From contig OZ024740.1 of assembly GCA_964016885.1 (NCBI GenBank), positions 50,654,001-50,718,000 on the forward strand: 64,000 bases of DNA, given 5' to 3'. The notes under the pieces were generated by a model, which was not told the origin of the DNA, made no database searches, and worked only from the letters and a program-made list of their open reading frames with translations. This document shows positions 23,901 through 38,900 of the stretch, in pieces. Each line of letters starts with the position of its first letter. Position 1 is the stretch's first letter. The position numbers were made by a program, and so were the translations under genes. Source of the stretch: Eledone cirrhosa. Lineage: Eukaryota.

Positions 23901-26900
23901 GTCCACACTGTTAAGTGGTCTTGTAGGTGTCATTACAAAAAGCACCCAGCCCACACTGTAAAGTGGTCTTGTAGATGTCATTACAAAATGCACCTAGTCC
24001 ACACTGTAAAGTGGTCTTGTAGATGTCATTACAAAATGCACCTAATCCACACTGTAAAGTGGTTTTGTAGGTGTCATTACAAAAAGCACCCAGTCCACAC
24101 TGTAAAGTGGTCTTGTAGGTGTCATTACAAAAAGCACCTAGTCCACACTGTAAAGTGATCTTCTAGGTGTCATTACAAAAAGCACCTAGTCCACACTGTA
24201 AAGTGATCTTCTAGGTGTCATTACAAAAAGCACCCAGTACACACTGTAAAGTGGTCTTGTAGGTGTCATTACAAAAAGCACCTAGTCCACACTGTAAAGT
24301 GATCTTCTAGGTGTCATTACAAAAAGCACCCAGTCCACACTGTAAAGTGGTCTTGTAGGTATCATTACAAAAAGCACCTAGTCCACACTGTAAAGTGATC
24401 TTCTAGGTGTCATTACAAAAAGCACCCAGTCCACACTGTAAAGTGGTCTTGTAGGTGTCATTACAAAAAGCACCTAGTCCACACCGTAAAGTTATCTTCT
24501 AGGTGTCATTACAAAAAGCAGCCAGTCCACACTGTAAAGTGGTCTTGTAGGTGTCATTACAAAAAGCACCCAGTCCACACTGTAAAGTGGTCTTGTAGGT
24601 GTCATTACAAAAAGCACCTAGTCCACACTGTAAAGTGATCTTCTAGGTGTCATTACAAAAAGCACCTAGACCACACTGTAAAGTGATCTTGTAGGTGTCA
24701 TTACAAAAAGCACCCAGTCCACACTGTAAAGTGGTCTTGTAGGTGTCATTACAAAAAGCACCTGTAAAGTGATCTTCTAGGTGTCATTACAAAAAGCACC
24801 TAGTCCACACTGTAAAGTGGTCTTGTAGGTGTCATTACAAAAAGCACCCAGTCAAAACTGTAAAGTGGTCGTGTAGGTGTCATTACAAAAAGCATCTAGT
24901 CCACATTGTAAAGTGATCCTGTAGGTGTCATTACAAAAAGCACCTAGTCCAAACTGTAAAGTGGTCTTGTAGATGTCATTACAAAAAGCACCCAGTCCAA
25001 ACTGTAAAGTGGTCGTGTAGGTGTCATTACAAAAAGCACCCAGTCCAAACTGTAAAGTGGTCGTGTAGGTGTCATTACAAAAAGCATCTAGTCCACATTG
25101 AAAAGTGATCTTGTAGGTGTCATTACAAAAAGCACCTAGTCCAAACTGTAAAGTGGTCTTGTAGATGTCATTACAAAAAGCACCCAGTCCACACTGTAAA
25201 GTGGTCTTGTAGGTGTCATTACAAAAAGCACCCAGTCAAAACTGTAAAGTGGTCGTGTAGGTGTCATTACAAAAAGCATCTAGTCCACATTGTAAAGTGA
25301 TCTTGTAGGTGTCATTACAAAAAGCACCTAGTCCAAACTGTAAAGTGGTCTTGTAGATGTCATTACAAAAAGCACCCAGTCCACACTGTAAAGTGGTCTT
25401 GTAGGTGTCATTACAAAAAGCACCCAGTCAAAACTGTAAAGTGGTCGTGTAGGTGTCATTACAAAAAGCATCTAGTCCACATTGTAAAGTGATCTTGTAG
25501 GTGTCATTACAAAAAGCACCTAGTCCAAACTATAAAGTGGTCTTGTAGATGTCATTACAAAAAGCATCCAGTCCACACTGTAAAGTGGTCTTGTAGGTGT
25601 CATTACAAAAAGCACACAGTCCACACTCTAAAGTGGTCTTGTAGGTGTCATTACAAAAAGCACCCAGTCCACACTGTAAAGTGGTCTTGTAGGTGTCATT
25701 ACAAAAAGCACCCAGTCCAATCTGTAAAGTGGTCTTGTAGGTGTCATTACGAAAAGCACCCAGTCCAAACTGTAAAGTGGTCGTGTAGGTGTCATTACAA
25801 AAAGCACCTAGTCCACACTGTAAAGTGATCTTGTAGGTGTCATTATATAAACACCTAGTCCACACTGTTAAGTGGTCTTGTAGGTGTCATTACAAAAAGC
25901 ATCTAGTCCACACTGTAAAGTGGTCTTGTAGATATCATTACAAAAAGCACCCAGTCCAAACTGTAAAGTGATCTTGTAGGTGTCATTACAAAAAGCACCT
26001 AGTCCACACTGTAAAGTGATCTTCTAGGTGTCATTACAAAAAGCACCCAGTCCACACTGTAAAGTGGTCTTGTAGGTGTCATTACAAAAAGCACCCAGTC
26101 CACACTGTAAAGTGCTCTTGTAGGTGTCTTTAGAGAAAGCACCTAGTTCACACTGTAAAGTGATCTTCTAGGTGTCATTACAAAAAGCACCCAGCCCACA
26201 CTGTAAAGTGGTCTTGTAGATGTCATTACAAAATGCACCTAGTCCACACTGTAAAGTGGTCTTGTAGATGTCATTACAAAATGCACCCAGTCCACACTGT
26301 AAAGTGGTCTTGTAGGTGTCATTACAAAAAGCACCTAGTCCACACTGTAAAGTGATCTTCTAGGTGTCATTACAAAAAGCACCTAGTCCACACTGTAAAG
26401 TGATCTTCTAGGTGTCATTACAAAAAGCACCCAGTACACACTGTAAAGTGGTCTTGTAGGTGTCATTACAAAAAGCACCTAGTCCACACTGTAAAGTGAT
26501 CTTCTAGGTGTCATTACAAAAAGCACCCAGTCCACACTGTAAAGTGGTCTTGTAGGTATCATTACAAAAAGCACCTAGTCCACACTGTAAAGTGATCTTC
26601 TAGGTGTCATTACAAAAAGCACCCAGTCCACACTGTAAAGTGGTCTTGTAGGTGTCATTACAAAAAGCACCTAGTCCACACTGTAAAGTTATCTTCTAGG
26701 TGTCATTACAAAAAGCAGCCAGTCCACACTGTAAAGTGGTCTTGTAGGTGTCATTACAAAAAGCACCCAGTCCACACTGTAAAGTGGTCTTGTAGGTGTC
26801 ATTACAAAAAGCACCTAGTCCACACTGTAAAGTGATCTTCTAGGTGTCATTACAAAAAGCACCTAGTCCACACTGTAAAGTGATCTTGTAGGTGTCATTA

Positions 26901-29900
26901 CAAAAAATCACCCAGTCCACACTGTAAAGTGGTCTTGTAGGTGTCATTACAAAAAGCACCTGTAAAGTGATCTTCTAGGTGTCATTACAAAAAGCACCTA
27001 GTCCACACTGTAAAGTGGTCTTGTAGGTGTCATTACAAAAAGCACCTAGTCCACACTGTAAAGTGATCTTCTAGGTGTCATTACAAAAAGCACCTAGTCC
27101 ACACTGTAAAGTGATCTTCTAGGTGTCATTACAAAAAGCACCCAGTACACACTGTAAAGTGGTCTTGTAGGTGTCATTACAAAAAGCACCTAGTCCACAC
27201 TGTAAAGTGATCTTCTAGGTGTCATTACAAAAAGCACCCAGTCCACACTGTAAAGTGGTCTTGTAGGTATCATTACAAAAAGCACCTAGTCCACACTGTA
27301 AAGTGATCTTCTAGGTGTCATTACAAAAAGCACCCAGTCCACACTGTAAAGTGGTCTTGTAGGTGTCATTACAAAAAGCACCTAGTCCACACTGTAAAGT
27401 TATCTTCTAGGTGTCATTACAAAAAGCAGCCAGTCCACACTGTAAAGTGGTCTTGTAGGTGTCATTACAAAAAGCACCCAGTCCACACTGTAAAGTGGTC
27501 TTGTAGGTGTCATTACAAAAAGCACCTAGTCCACACTGTAAAGTGATCTTCTAGGTGTCATTACAAAAAGCACCTAGTCCACACTGTAAAGTGATCTTGT
27601 AGGTGTCATTACAAAAAATCACCCAGTCCACACTGTAAAGTGGTCTTGTAGGTGTCATTACAAAAAGCACCTGTAAAGTGATCTTCTAGGTGTCATTACA
27701 AAAAGCACCTAGTCCACACTGTAAAGTGGTCTTGTAGGTGTCATTACAAAAAGCACCCAGTCAAAACTGTAAAGTGGTCGTGTAGGTGTCATTACAAAAA
27801 GCATCTAGTCCACATTGTAAAGTGATCTTGTAGGTGTCATTACAAAAAGCACCTAGTCCAAACTGTAAAGTGGTCTTGTAGATGTCATTACAAAAAGCAC
27901 CCAGTCCACACTGTAAAGTGGTCTTGTAGGTGTCATTACAAAAAGCACCCAGTCAAAACTGTAAAGTGGTCGTGTAGGTGTCATTACAAAAAGCATCTAG
28001 TCCACATTGTAAAGTGATCTTGTAGGTGTCATTACAAAAAGCACCTATTCCAAACTGTAAAGTGGTCTTGTAGATGTCATTACAAAAAGCACCCAGTCCA
28101 AACTGTAAAGTGGTCGTGTAGGTGTCATTACAAAAAGCACCCAGTCCAAACTGTAAAGTGGTCGTGTAGGTGTCATTACAAAAAGCATTTAGTCCACATT
28201 GAAAAGTGATCTTGTAGGTGTCATTACAAAAAGCACCTAGTCCAAACTGTAAAGTGGTCTTGTAGATGTCATTACAAAAAGCACCCAGTCCACACTGTAA
28301 AGTGGTCTTGTAGGTGTCATTACAAAAAGCACCCAGTCAAAACTGTAAAGTGGTCGTGTAGGTGTCATTACAAAAAGCATCTAGTCCACATTGTAAAGTG
28401 ATCTTGTAGGTGTCATTACAAAAAGCACCTAGTCCAAACTGTAAAGTGGTCTTGTAGATGTCATTACAAAAAGCACCCAGTCCACACTGTAAAGTGGTCT
28501 TGTAGGTGTCATTACAAAAAGCACCCAGTCAAAACTGTAAAGTGGTCGTGTAGGTGTCATTACAAAAAGCATCTAGTCCACATTGTAAAGTGATCTTGTA
28601 GGTGTCATTACAAAAAGCACCTAGTCCAAACTATAAAGTGGTCTTGTAGATGTCATTACAAAAAGCATCCAGTCCACACTGTAAAGTGGTCTTGTAGGTG
28701 TCATTACAAAAAGCACACAGTCCACACTCTAAAGTGGTCTTGTAGGTGTCATTACAAAAAGCACCCAGTCCACACTGTAAAGTGGTCTTGTAGGTGTCAT
28801 TACAAAAAGCACCCAGTCCAATCTGTAAAGTGGTCTTGTAGGTGTCATTACGAAAAGCACCCAGTCCAAACTGTAAAGTGGTCGTGTAGGTGTCATTACA
28901 AAAAGCACCTAGTCCACACTGTAAAGTGATCTTGTAGGTGTCATTATATAAACACCTAGTCCACACTGTAAAGTGATCTTGTAGGTGTCATTACAAAAAG
29001 CACCTAGTCCACATTGTAAAGTGATCTTGTAGCTGTCATTACAAAAAGCACCAAGTCCACACTGTTAAGTGGTCTTGTAGGTGTCATTACAAAAAGCATC
29101 TAGTCCACACTGTAAAGTGGTCTTGTAGATATCATTACAAAAAGCACCCAGTCCAAACTGTAAAGTGATCTTGTAGGTGTCATTACAAAAAGCACCCAGT
29201 CCACACTGTAAAGTGGTCTTGTAGGTGTCATTACAAAAAGCACCTAGTCCACACTGTAAAGTGATCTTGTAGGTGTCATTACAAAAAGCACCCAATCCAC
29301 ATTGTAAAGTGGTCTTCTAAGTGTCATTACAAAAAGCACCCAGTCCACACTGTAAAGTGGTCTTGTAAGTGTCATTACAAAAAGCACCTAGTCCACACTG
29401 TAAAGTGGTATTGTAGATGTCACTACAAAAAGCACCCAGTCCAAACTGTAAAGTGGTCGTTAAGGTGTGATTACAAAAAGCATCTAGTCCACATTGTAAA
29501 GTGAAATTGTAGGTGTCATTACAAAAAGAACCTAGTCCAAACTGTAAAGTGGTCTTGTAGACGTCATTACAAAAAGCACCCAGTCCACACTGTAAAGTGG
29601 TCTTGTAGGTGTCATTACAAAAAGCACCCAGTCCACACTCTAAAGTGGTCTTGTAGGTGTCATTACAAAAAGCACCCAGTCCACACTCTAAAGTGGTCTT
29701 GTAGGTGTCATTACAAAAAGCACCTAGTCCACATTGTAAACTGATCTTGTAGGTGTCATTAAAAAAAGCACCCAGTCCACACTGTAAAGTGGTCTTGTAG
29801 GTGTCATTACAAAAAGCACCTAGTCCACACTGTAAAGTGGTCTTGTAGATGTCATTACAAAAAGCACCCAGTCCACACTGTAAAGTGGTCTTGTAGGTAT

Positions 29901-32900
29901 CATTACAAAAAACACCCAGTCCACACTGTAAAGTGGTCTTGTAGGTGTCATTACAAAAAGCACCCAGTCCAAACTGTAAAGTGGTCTTGTAGGTGTCATT
30001 AAAAAAAGCACCTAGTCCACACTGTAAAGTGATCTTGTAGGTGTCATTACAAAAAGCACCTAGTCCACATAGTAAAGTGATCTTGTATGTGTCATTACAA
30101 AAAGCACCTAGTCCACACTGTAAAGTGATCTTGTAGGTGTCATTACAAAAAGCACCTACTTCACACTATAAAGTGATCTTGTAGGTGTCATTACAAAAAG
30201 CACCTAGTCCACATTGTAAAGTGATCTTGTAGGTGTCATTACAAAAAGCACCTACTCCACACGGTAAAGTGATCTTGTAGGTGTCATTACAAAAAGCACC
30301 CAGTCCACACTGTAAAGTGGTCTTGTAGGTGTCATTACAAAAAGCACCCAGTCCACACTGCAAAGTGGTCTTGTAGATGTCATTACAAAAAGCACCCAGT
30401 CCACACTGCAAAGTGGTCTTGTAGGTGTCATTACAAAAAGCACCCAGTCCACACTGTAAAGTGGTCTTGTAGGTGTCATTACAAAAAGCACCCAGTCCAA
30501 ACTGTAATGTGGTCTTGTAGGTGTCATTACAAAAAGCACCTAGTCCACATAGTAAAGTGATCTTGTATGTGTCATTACAAAAAGCACCTAGTTCACATTG
30601 TAAAGTGATCTTGTAGGTGTCATTACAAAAAGCACCTACTCCACACTGTAAAGTGATCTTGTAGGTGTCATTACAAAAAGCACCCAGTCCACACTGTAAA
30701 GTGGTCTTGTAGGTGTCATTACAAAAAGCACCTAGTCCACACTGCAAAGTGGTCTTGTAGATGTCATTACAAAAAGCACCCAGTCCACACTGCAAAGTGG
30801 TCTTGTAGGTGTCATTACAAAAAGCACCCAGTCCACACTGTAAAGTGGTCTTGTAGGTGTCATTACAAAATGCACTTAGTCCACACTGTAAAGTGGTCTT
30901 GTAGATGTCATTACAAAAAGCACCCAGTCCACACTGCAAAGTGGTCTTGTAGGTGTCATTACAAAAAGCACCCAGTCCACACTGTAAAGTGGTCTTGTAG
31001 GTGTCATTACAAAATGCACCTAGTCCACACTGTAAAGTGGTCTTGTAGATGTCATTACAAAAAGCACCCAGTCCACACTGCAAAGTGATTTTGTAGGTGT
31101 CATTACAAAAAGCACCCAGTCCACACTGCAAAGTGGTCTTGTAGGTGTCATTACAAAAAGCACCCAGTCCACACTGTAAAGTGATCTTGTAGGTGTCATT
31201 ACAAAAAGCACCAAGTCCACACTGTTAAGTGGTCTTGTAGGTGTCATTACAAAAAGCACCCAATCCACATTGTAAAGTGGTCTTGTAGGTGTCATTACAA
31301 AAAGCACCTAGTCCACACTGTAAAGTGATCTTCTAGGTGTCATTACAAAAAGCACCCAGTCCACACTGTAAAGTGGTCTTGTAGGTGTCATTACAAAAAG
31401 CACCCAGTCCACACTGTAAAGTGCTCTTGTAGGTGTCATTAGAGAAAGCACCTAGTTCACACTGTAAAGTGATCTTCTAGGTGTCATTACAAAAAGCACC
31501 CAGTCCACACTGTAAAGTGGTCTTGTAGATGTCATTACAAAATGCACCTAGTCCACACTGTAAAGTGGTCTTGTAGATGTCATTACAAAATGCACCTAAT
31601 CCACACTGTAAAGTGGTTTTGTAGGTGTCATTACAAAAAGCACCCAGTCCACACTGTAAAGTGGTCTTGTAGATGTCATTACAAAAAGCACCTAGTCCAC
31701 ACTGTAAAGTGATCTTCTAGGTGTCATTACAAAAAGCACCTAGTCCACACTGTAAAGTGATCTTCTAGGTGTCATTACAAAAAGCACCCAGTACACACTG
31801 TAAAGTGGTCTTGTAGGTGTCATTACAAAAAGCACCTAGTCCACACTGTAAAGTGATCTTCTAGGTGTCATTACAAAAAGCACCCAGTCCACACTGTAAA
31901 GTGGTCTTGTAGGTATCATTACAAAAAGCACCTAGTCCACACTGTAAAGTGATCTTCTAGGTGTCATTACAAAAAGCACCCAGTCCACTCTGTAAAGTGG
32001 TCTTGTAGGTGTCATTACAAAAAGCACCTAGTCCACACTGTAAAGTTATCTTCTAGGTGTCATTACAAAAAGCACCCAGTCCAAACTGTAAAGTGGTCTT
32101 GTAGGTGTCATTACAAAAAGCACCCAGTCCACACTGTAAAGTGGTCTTGTAGGTGTCATTACAAAAAGCACCTAGTCCACACTGTAAAGTGATCTTCTAG
32201 GTGTCATTACAAAAAGCACCTTGTCCACACTGTAAATTGATCTTGTAGGTGTCATTACAAAAAGCACCCAGTCCACACTGTAAAGTGGTCTTGTAGGTGT
32301 CATTACAAAAAGCACCCAGTCAAAACTGTAAAGTGGTCGTGTAGGTGTCATTACAAAAAGCATCTAGTCCACATTGTAAAGTGATCTTGTAGGTGTCATT
32401 ACAAAAAGCACCTAGTCCAAACTGTAAAGTGGTCTTGTAGATGTCATTACAAAAAGCACCCAGTCCACACTGTAAAGTGGTCTTGTAGGTGTCATTACAA
32501 AAAGCACCCAGTCAAAACTGTAAAGTGGTCGTGTAGGTGTCATTACAAAAAGCATCTAGTCCACATTGTAAAGTGATCTTGTAGGTGTCATTACAAAAAG
32601 CACCTAGTCCAAACTGTAAAGTGGTCTTGTAGATGTCATTACAAAAAGCACCCAGTCCAAACTGTAAAGTGGTCGTGTAGGTGTCATTACAAAAAGCACC
32701 TAGTCCACACTGTAAAGTGATCTTGTAGGTGTCATTATAAAAAGCATCTAGTTCACATTGTAAAGTGATCTTGTAGGTGTCATTACAAAAAGCACCTAGT
32801 CCAAACTGTAAAGTGGTCTTGTAGATGTCATTACAAAAAGCACCCAGTCCACACTGTAAAGTGGTCTTGTAGGTGTCATTACAAAAAGCACACAGTCCAC

Positions 32901-35900
32901 ACTCTAAAGTGGTCTTGTAGGTGTCATTACAAAAAGCACCCAGTCCACACCGTAAAGTGGTCTTGTAGGTGTCATTACAAAAAGCACCCAGTCCAATCTG
33001 TAAAGTGGTCTTGTAGGTGTCATTACAAAAAGCACCCAGTCCAAACTGTAAAGTGGTCGTGTAGGTGTCATTACAAAAAGCACCTAGTCCACACTGTAAA
33101 GTGATCTTGTAGGTGTCATTATATAAACACCTAGTCCACACTGTAAAGTGATCTTGTAGGTGTCATTACAAAAAGCACCTAGTCCACATTGTAAAGTGAT
33201 CTTGTAGGTGTCATTACAAAAAGCACCAAGTCCACACTGTTAAGTGGTCTTGTAGGTGTCATTACAAAAAGCATCTAGTCCACACTGTAAAGTGGTCTTG
33301 TAGATATCATTACAAAAAGCACCCAGTCCAAACTGTAAAGTGATCTTGTAAGTGTCATTACAAAAAGCACCCAGTCCACACTGTAAAGTGGTCTTGTAGG
33401 TGTCATTACAAAAAGCACCTAGTCCACACTGTAAAGTGATCTTGTAGGTGTCATTACAAAAAGCACCCAATCCACATTGTAAAGTGGTCTTCTAAGTGTC
33501 ATTACAAAAAGCACCCAGTCCACACTGTAAAGTGGTCTTGTAGGTGTCATTACAAAAAGCACCCAGTCCACACTGTAAAGTGGTCTTGTAAGTGTCATTA
33601 CAAAAAGCACCTAGTCCACACTGTAAAGTGGTATTGTAGATGTCACTACAAAAAGCACCCAGTCCAAACTGTAAAGTGGTCGTTAAGGTGTGATTACAAA
33701 AAGCATCTAGTCCACACTGTAAAGTGATCTTCTAGGTGTCATTACAAAAAGCACCCAGTCCACACTGTAAAGTGGTCTTGTAGGTGTCATTACAAAAAGC
33801 ACCCAGTCCACACTGTAAAGTGCTCTTGTAGGTGTCATTAGAGAAAGCACCTAGTTCACACTGTAAAGTGATCTTCTAGGTGTCATTAAAAAAAGCACCC
33901 AGTCCACACTGTAAAGTGGTCTTGTAGATGTCATTACAAAATGCACCTAGTCCACACTGTAAAGTGGTCTTGTAGATGTCATTACAAAATGCACCTAATC
34001 CACACTGTAAAGTGGTTTTGTAGGTGTCATTACAAAAAGCACCCAGTCCACACTGTAAAGTGGTCTTGTAGGTGTCATTACAAAAAGCACCTAGTCCACA
34101 CTGTAAAGTGATCTTCTAGGTGTCATTACAAAAAGCACCTAGTCCACACTGTAAAGTGATCTTCTAGGTGTCATTACAAAAAGCACCCAGTACACACTGT
34201 AAAGTGGTCTTGTAGGTGTCATTACAAAAAGCACCTAGTCCACACTGTAAAGTGATCTTCTAGGTGTCATTACAAAAAGCACCCAGTCCACACTGTAAAG
34301 TGGTCTTGTAGGTATCATTACAAAAAGCACCTAGTCCACACTGTAAAGTGATCTTCTAGGTGTCATTACAAAAAGCACCCAGTCCACACTGTAAAGTGGT
34401 CTTGTAGGTGTCATTACAAAAAGCACCTAGTCCACACTGTAAAGTTATCTTCTAGGTGTCATTACAAAAAGCACCCAGTCCACACTGTAAAGTGGTCTTG
34501 TAGGTGTCATTACAAAAAGCACCCAGTCCACACTGTAAAGTGGTTTTGTAGGTGTCATTACAAAAAGCACCCAATCCACATTGTAAAGTGGTCTTGTAGG
34601 TGTCATTACAAAAAGCACCTAGTCCACACTGTAAAGTGATCTTCTAGGTGTCATTACAAAAAGCACCCAGTCCACACTGTAAAGTGGTCTTGTAGGTGTC
34701 ATTACAAAAAGCACCCAGTCCACACTGTAAAGTGCTCTTGTAGGTGTCATTAGAGAAAGCACCTAGTTCACACTGTAAAGTGATCTTCTAGGTGTCATTA
34801 CAAAAAGCACCCAGTCCACACTGTAAAGTGGTCTTGTAGATGTCATTACAAAATGCACCTAGTCCACACTGTAAAGTGGTCTTGTAGATGTCATTACAAA
34901 ATGCACCTAATCCACACTGTAAAGTGGTTTTGTAGGTGTCATTACAAAAAGCACCCAGTCCACACTGTAAAGTGGTCTTGTAGGTGTCATTACAAAAAGC
35001 ACCTAGTCCACACTGTAAAGTGATCTTCTAGGTGTCATTACAAAAAGCACCTAGTCCACACTGTAAAGTGATCTTCTAGGTGTCATTACAAAAAGCACCC
35101 AGTACAAACTGTAAAGTGGTCTTGTAGGTGTCATTACAAAAAGCACCTAGTCCACACTGTAAAGTGATCTTCTAGGTGTCATTACAAAAAGCACCCAGTC
35201 CACACTGTAAAGTGGTCTTGTAGGTATCATTACAAAAAGCACCTAGTCCACACTGTAAAGTGATCTTCTAGGTGTCATTACAAAAAGCACCCAGTCCACA
35301 CTGTAAAGTGGTCTTGTAGGTGTCATTACAAAAAGCACCTAGTCCACACTGTAAAGTTATCTTCTAGGTGTCATTACAAAAAGCACCCAGTCCACACTGT
35401 AAAGTGGTCTTGTAGGTGTCATTACAAAAAGCACCCAGTCCACACTGTAAAGTGGTCTTGTAGATGTCATTACAAAAAGCACCTAGTCCACACTGTAAAG
35501 TGATCTTCTAGGTGTCATTACAAAAAGCACCTAGTCCACACTGTAAAGTGATCTTGTAGGTGTCATTACAAAAAGCACCCAGTCCACACTGTAAAGTGGT
35601 CTTGTAGGTGTCATTACAAAAAGCACCTGTAAAGTGATCTTCTAGGTGTCATTACAAAAAGCACCTAGTCCACACTGTAAAGTGGTCTTGTAGGTGTCAT
35701 TACAAAAAGCACCCAGTCAAAACTGTAAAGTGGTCGTGTAGGTGTCATTACAAAAAGCATCTAGTCCACATTGTAAAGTGATCTTGTAGGTGTCATTACA
35801 AAAAGCACCCAGTCCACACTGTAAAGTGGTCTTGTAGATGTCATTACAAAAAGCACCCAGTCCACACTGTAAAGTGGTCTTGTAGGTGTCATTACAAAAA

Positions 35901-38900
35901 GCACCCAGTCAAAACTGTAAAGTGGTCGTGTAGGTGTCATTACAAAAAGCATCTAGTCCACATTGTAAAGTGATCTTGTAGGTGTCATTACAAAAAGCAC
36001 CTAGTCCAAACTGTAAAGTGGTCTTGTAGATGTCATTACAAAAAGCACCCAGTCCAAACTGTAAAGTGGTCGTGTAGGTGTCATTACAAAAAGCACCTAG
36101 TCCACACTGTAAAGTGATCTTGTAGGTGTCATTATAAAAAGCATCTAGTTCACATTGTAAAGTGATCTTGTAGGTGTCATTACAAAAAGCACCTAGTCCA
36201 AACTGTAAAGTGGTCTTGTAGATGTCATTACAAAAAGCACCCAGTCCACACTGTAAAGTGGTCTTGTAGGTGTCATTACAAAAAGCACACAGTCCACACT
36301 CTAAAGTGGTCTTGTAGGTGTCATTACAAAAAGCACCCAGTCCACACCGTAAAGTGGTCTTGTAGGTGTCATTACAAAAAGCACCCAGTCCAATCTGTAA
36401 AGTGGTCTTGTAGGTGTCATTACAAAAAGCACCCAGTCCAAACTGTAAAGTGGTCGTGTAGGTGTCATTACAAAAAGCACCTAGTCCACACTGTAAAGTG
36501 ATCTTGTAGGTGTCATTATATAAACACCTAGTCCACACTGTAAAGTGATATTGTAGGTGTCATTACAAAAAGCACCTAGTCCACATTGTAAAGTGATCTT
36601 GTAGGTGTCATTACAAAAAGCACCAAGTCCACACTGTTAAGTGGTCTTGTAGGTGTCATTACAAAAAGCATCTAGTCCACACTGTAAAGTGGTCTTGTAG
36701 ATATCATTACAAAAAGCACCCAGTCCAAACTGTAAAGTGATCTTGTAGGTGTCATTACAAAAAGCACCCAGTCCACACTGTAAAGTGGTCTTGTAGGTGT
36801 CATTACAAAAAGCACCTAGTCCACACTGTAAAGTGATCTTGTAGGTGTCATTACAAAAAGCACCCAATCCACATTGTAAAGTGGTCTTCTAAGTGTCATT
36901 ACAAAAAGCACCCAGTCCACACTGTAAAGTGGTCTTGTAGGTGTCATTACAAAAAGCACCCAGTCCACACTGTAAAGTGGTCTTGTAAGTGTCATTACAA
37001 AAAGCACCTAGTCCACACTGTAAAGTGGTATTGTAGATGTCACTACAAAAAGCACCCAGTCCAAACTGTAAAGTGGTCGTTAAGGTGTGATTACAAAAAG
37101 CATCTAGTCCACACTGTAAAGTGATCTTCTAGGTGTCATTACAAAAAGCACACAGTCCACACTGTAAAGTGGTCTTGTAGGTGTCATTACAAAAAGCACC
37201 CAGTCCACACTGTAAAGTGCTCTTGTAGGTGTCATTAGAGAAAGCACCTAGTTCACACTGTAAAGTGATCTTCTAGGTGTCATTACAAAAAGCACCCAGT
37301 CCACACTGTAAAGTGGTCTTGTAGATGTCATTACAAAATGCACTTAGTCCACACTGTAAAGTGGTCTTGTAGATGTCATTACAAAATGCACCTAATCCAC
37401 ACTGTAAAGTGGTTTTGTAGGTGTCATTACAAAAAGCACCCAGTCCACACTGTAAAGTGGTCTTGTAGGTGTCATTACAAAAAGCACCTAGTCCACACTG
37501 TAAAGTGATCTTCTAGGTGTCATTACAAAAAGCACCTAGTCCACACTGTAAAGTGATCTTCTAGGTGTCATTACAAAAAGCACCCAGTACACACTGTAAA
37601 GTGGTCTTGTAGGTGTCATTACAAAAAGCACCTAGTCCACACTGTAAAGTGATCTTCTAGGTGTCATTACAAAAAGCACCCAGTCCACACTGTAAAGTGG
37701 TCTTGTAGGTATCATTACAAAAAGCACCTAGTCCACACTGTAAAGTGATCTTCTAGGTGTCATTACAAAAAGCACCCAGTCCACACTGTAAAGTGGTCTT
37801 GTAGGTGTCATTACAAAAAGCACCTAGTCCACACTGTAAAGTTATCTTCTAGGTGTCATTACAAAAAGCACCCAGTCCACACTGTAAAGTGGTCTTGTAG
37901 GTGTCATTACAAAAAGCACCCAGTCCACACTGTAAAGTGGTTTTGTAGGTGTCATTACAAAAAGCACCTAGTCCACACTGTAAAGTGATCTTCTAGGTGT
38001 CATTACAAAAAGCACCTAGTCCACACTGTAAAGTGATCTTGTAGGTGTCATTACAAAAAGCACCCAGTCCACACTCTAAAGTGGTCTTGTAGGTGTCATT
38101 ACAAAAAGCACCTGTAAAGTGATCTTCTAGGTGTCATTACAAAAAGCACCTAGTCCACACTGTAAAGTGGTCTTGTAGGTGTCATTACAAAAAGCACCCA
38201 GTCAAAACTGTAAAGTGGTCGTGTAGGTGTCATTACAAAAAGCATCTAGTCCACATTGTAAAGTGATCTTGTAGGTGTCATTACAAAAAGCACCTAGTCC
38301 AAACTGTAAAGTGGTCTTGTAGATGTCATTACAAAAAGCACCCAGTCCACACTGTAAAGTGGTCTTGTAGGTGTCATTACAAAAAGCACCCAGTCAAAAC
38401 TGTAAAGTGGTCGTGTAGGTGTCATTACAAAAAGCATCTAGTCCACATTGTAAAGTGATCTTGTAGGTGTCATTACAAAAAGCACCTAGTCCAAACTGTA
38501 AAGTGGTCTTGTAGATGTCATTACAAAAAGCACCCAGTCCAAACTGTAAAGTGGTTGTGTAGGTGTCATCACAAAAAGCACCTAGTCCACACTGTAAAGT
38601 GATCTTGTAGGTGTCATTATAAAAAGCATCTAGTTCACATTGTAAAGTGATCTTGTAGGTGTCATTACAAAAAGCACCTAGTCCAAACTGTAAAGTGGTC
38701 TTGTAGATGTCATTACAAAAAGCACCCAGTCCACACTGTAAAGTGGTCTTGTAGGTGTCATTACAAAAAGCACACAGTCCACACTCTAAAGTGGTCTTGT
38801 AGGTGTCATTACAAAAAGCACCCAGTCCACACCGTAAAGTGGTCTTGTAGGTGTCATTACAAAAAGCACCCAGTCCAATCTGTAAAGTGGTCTTGTAGGT

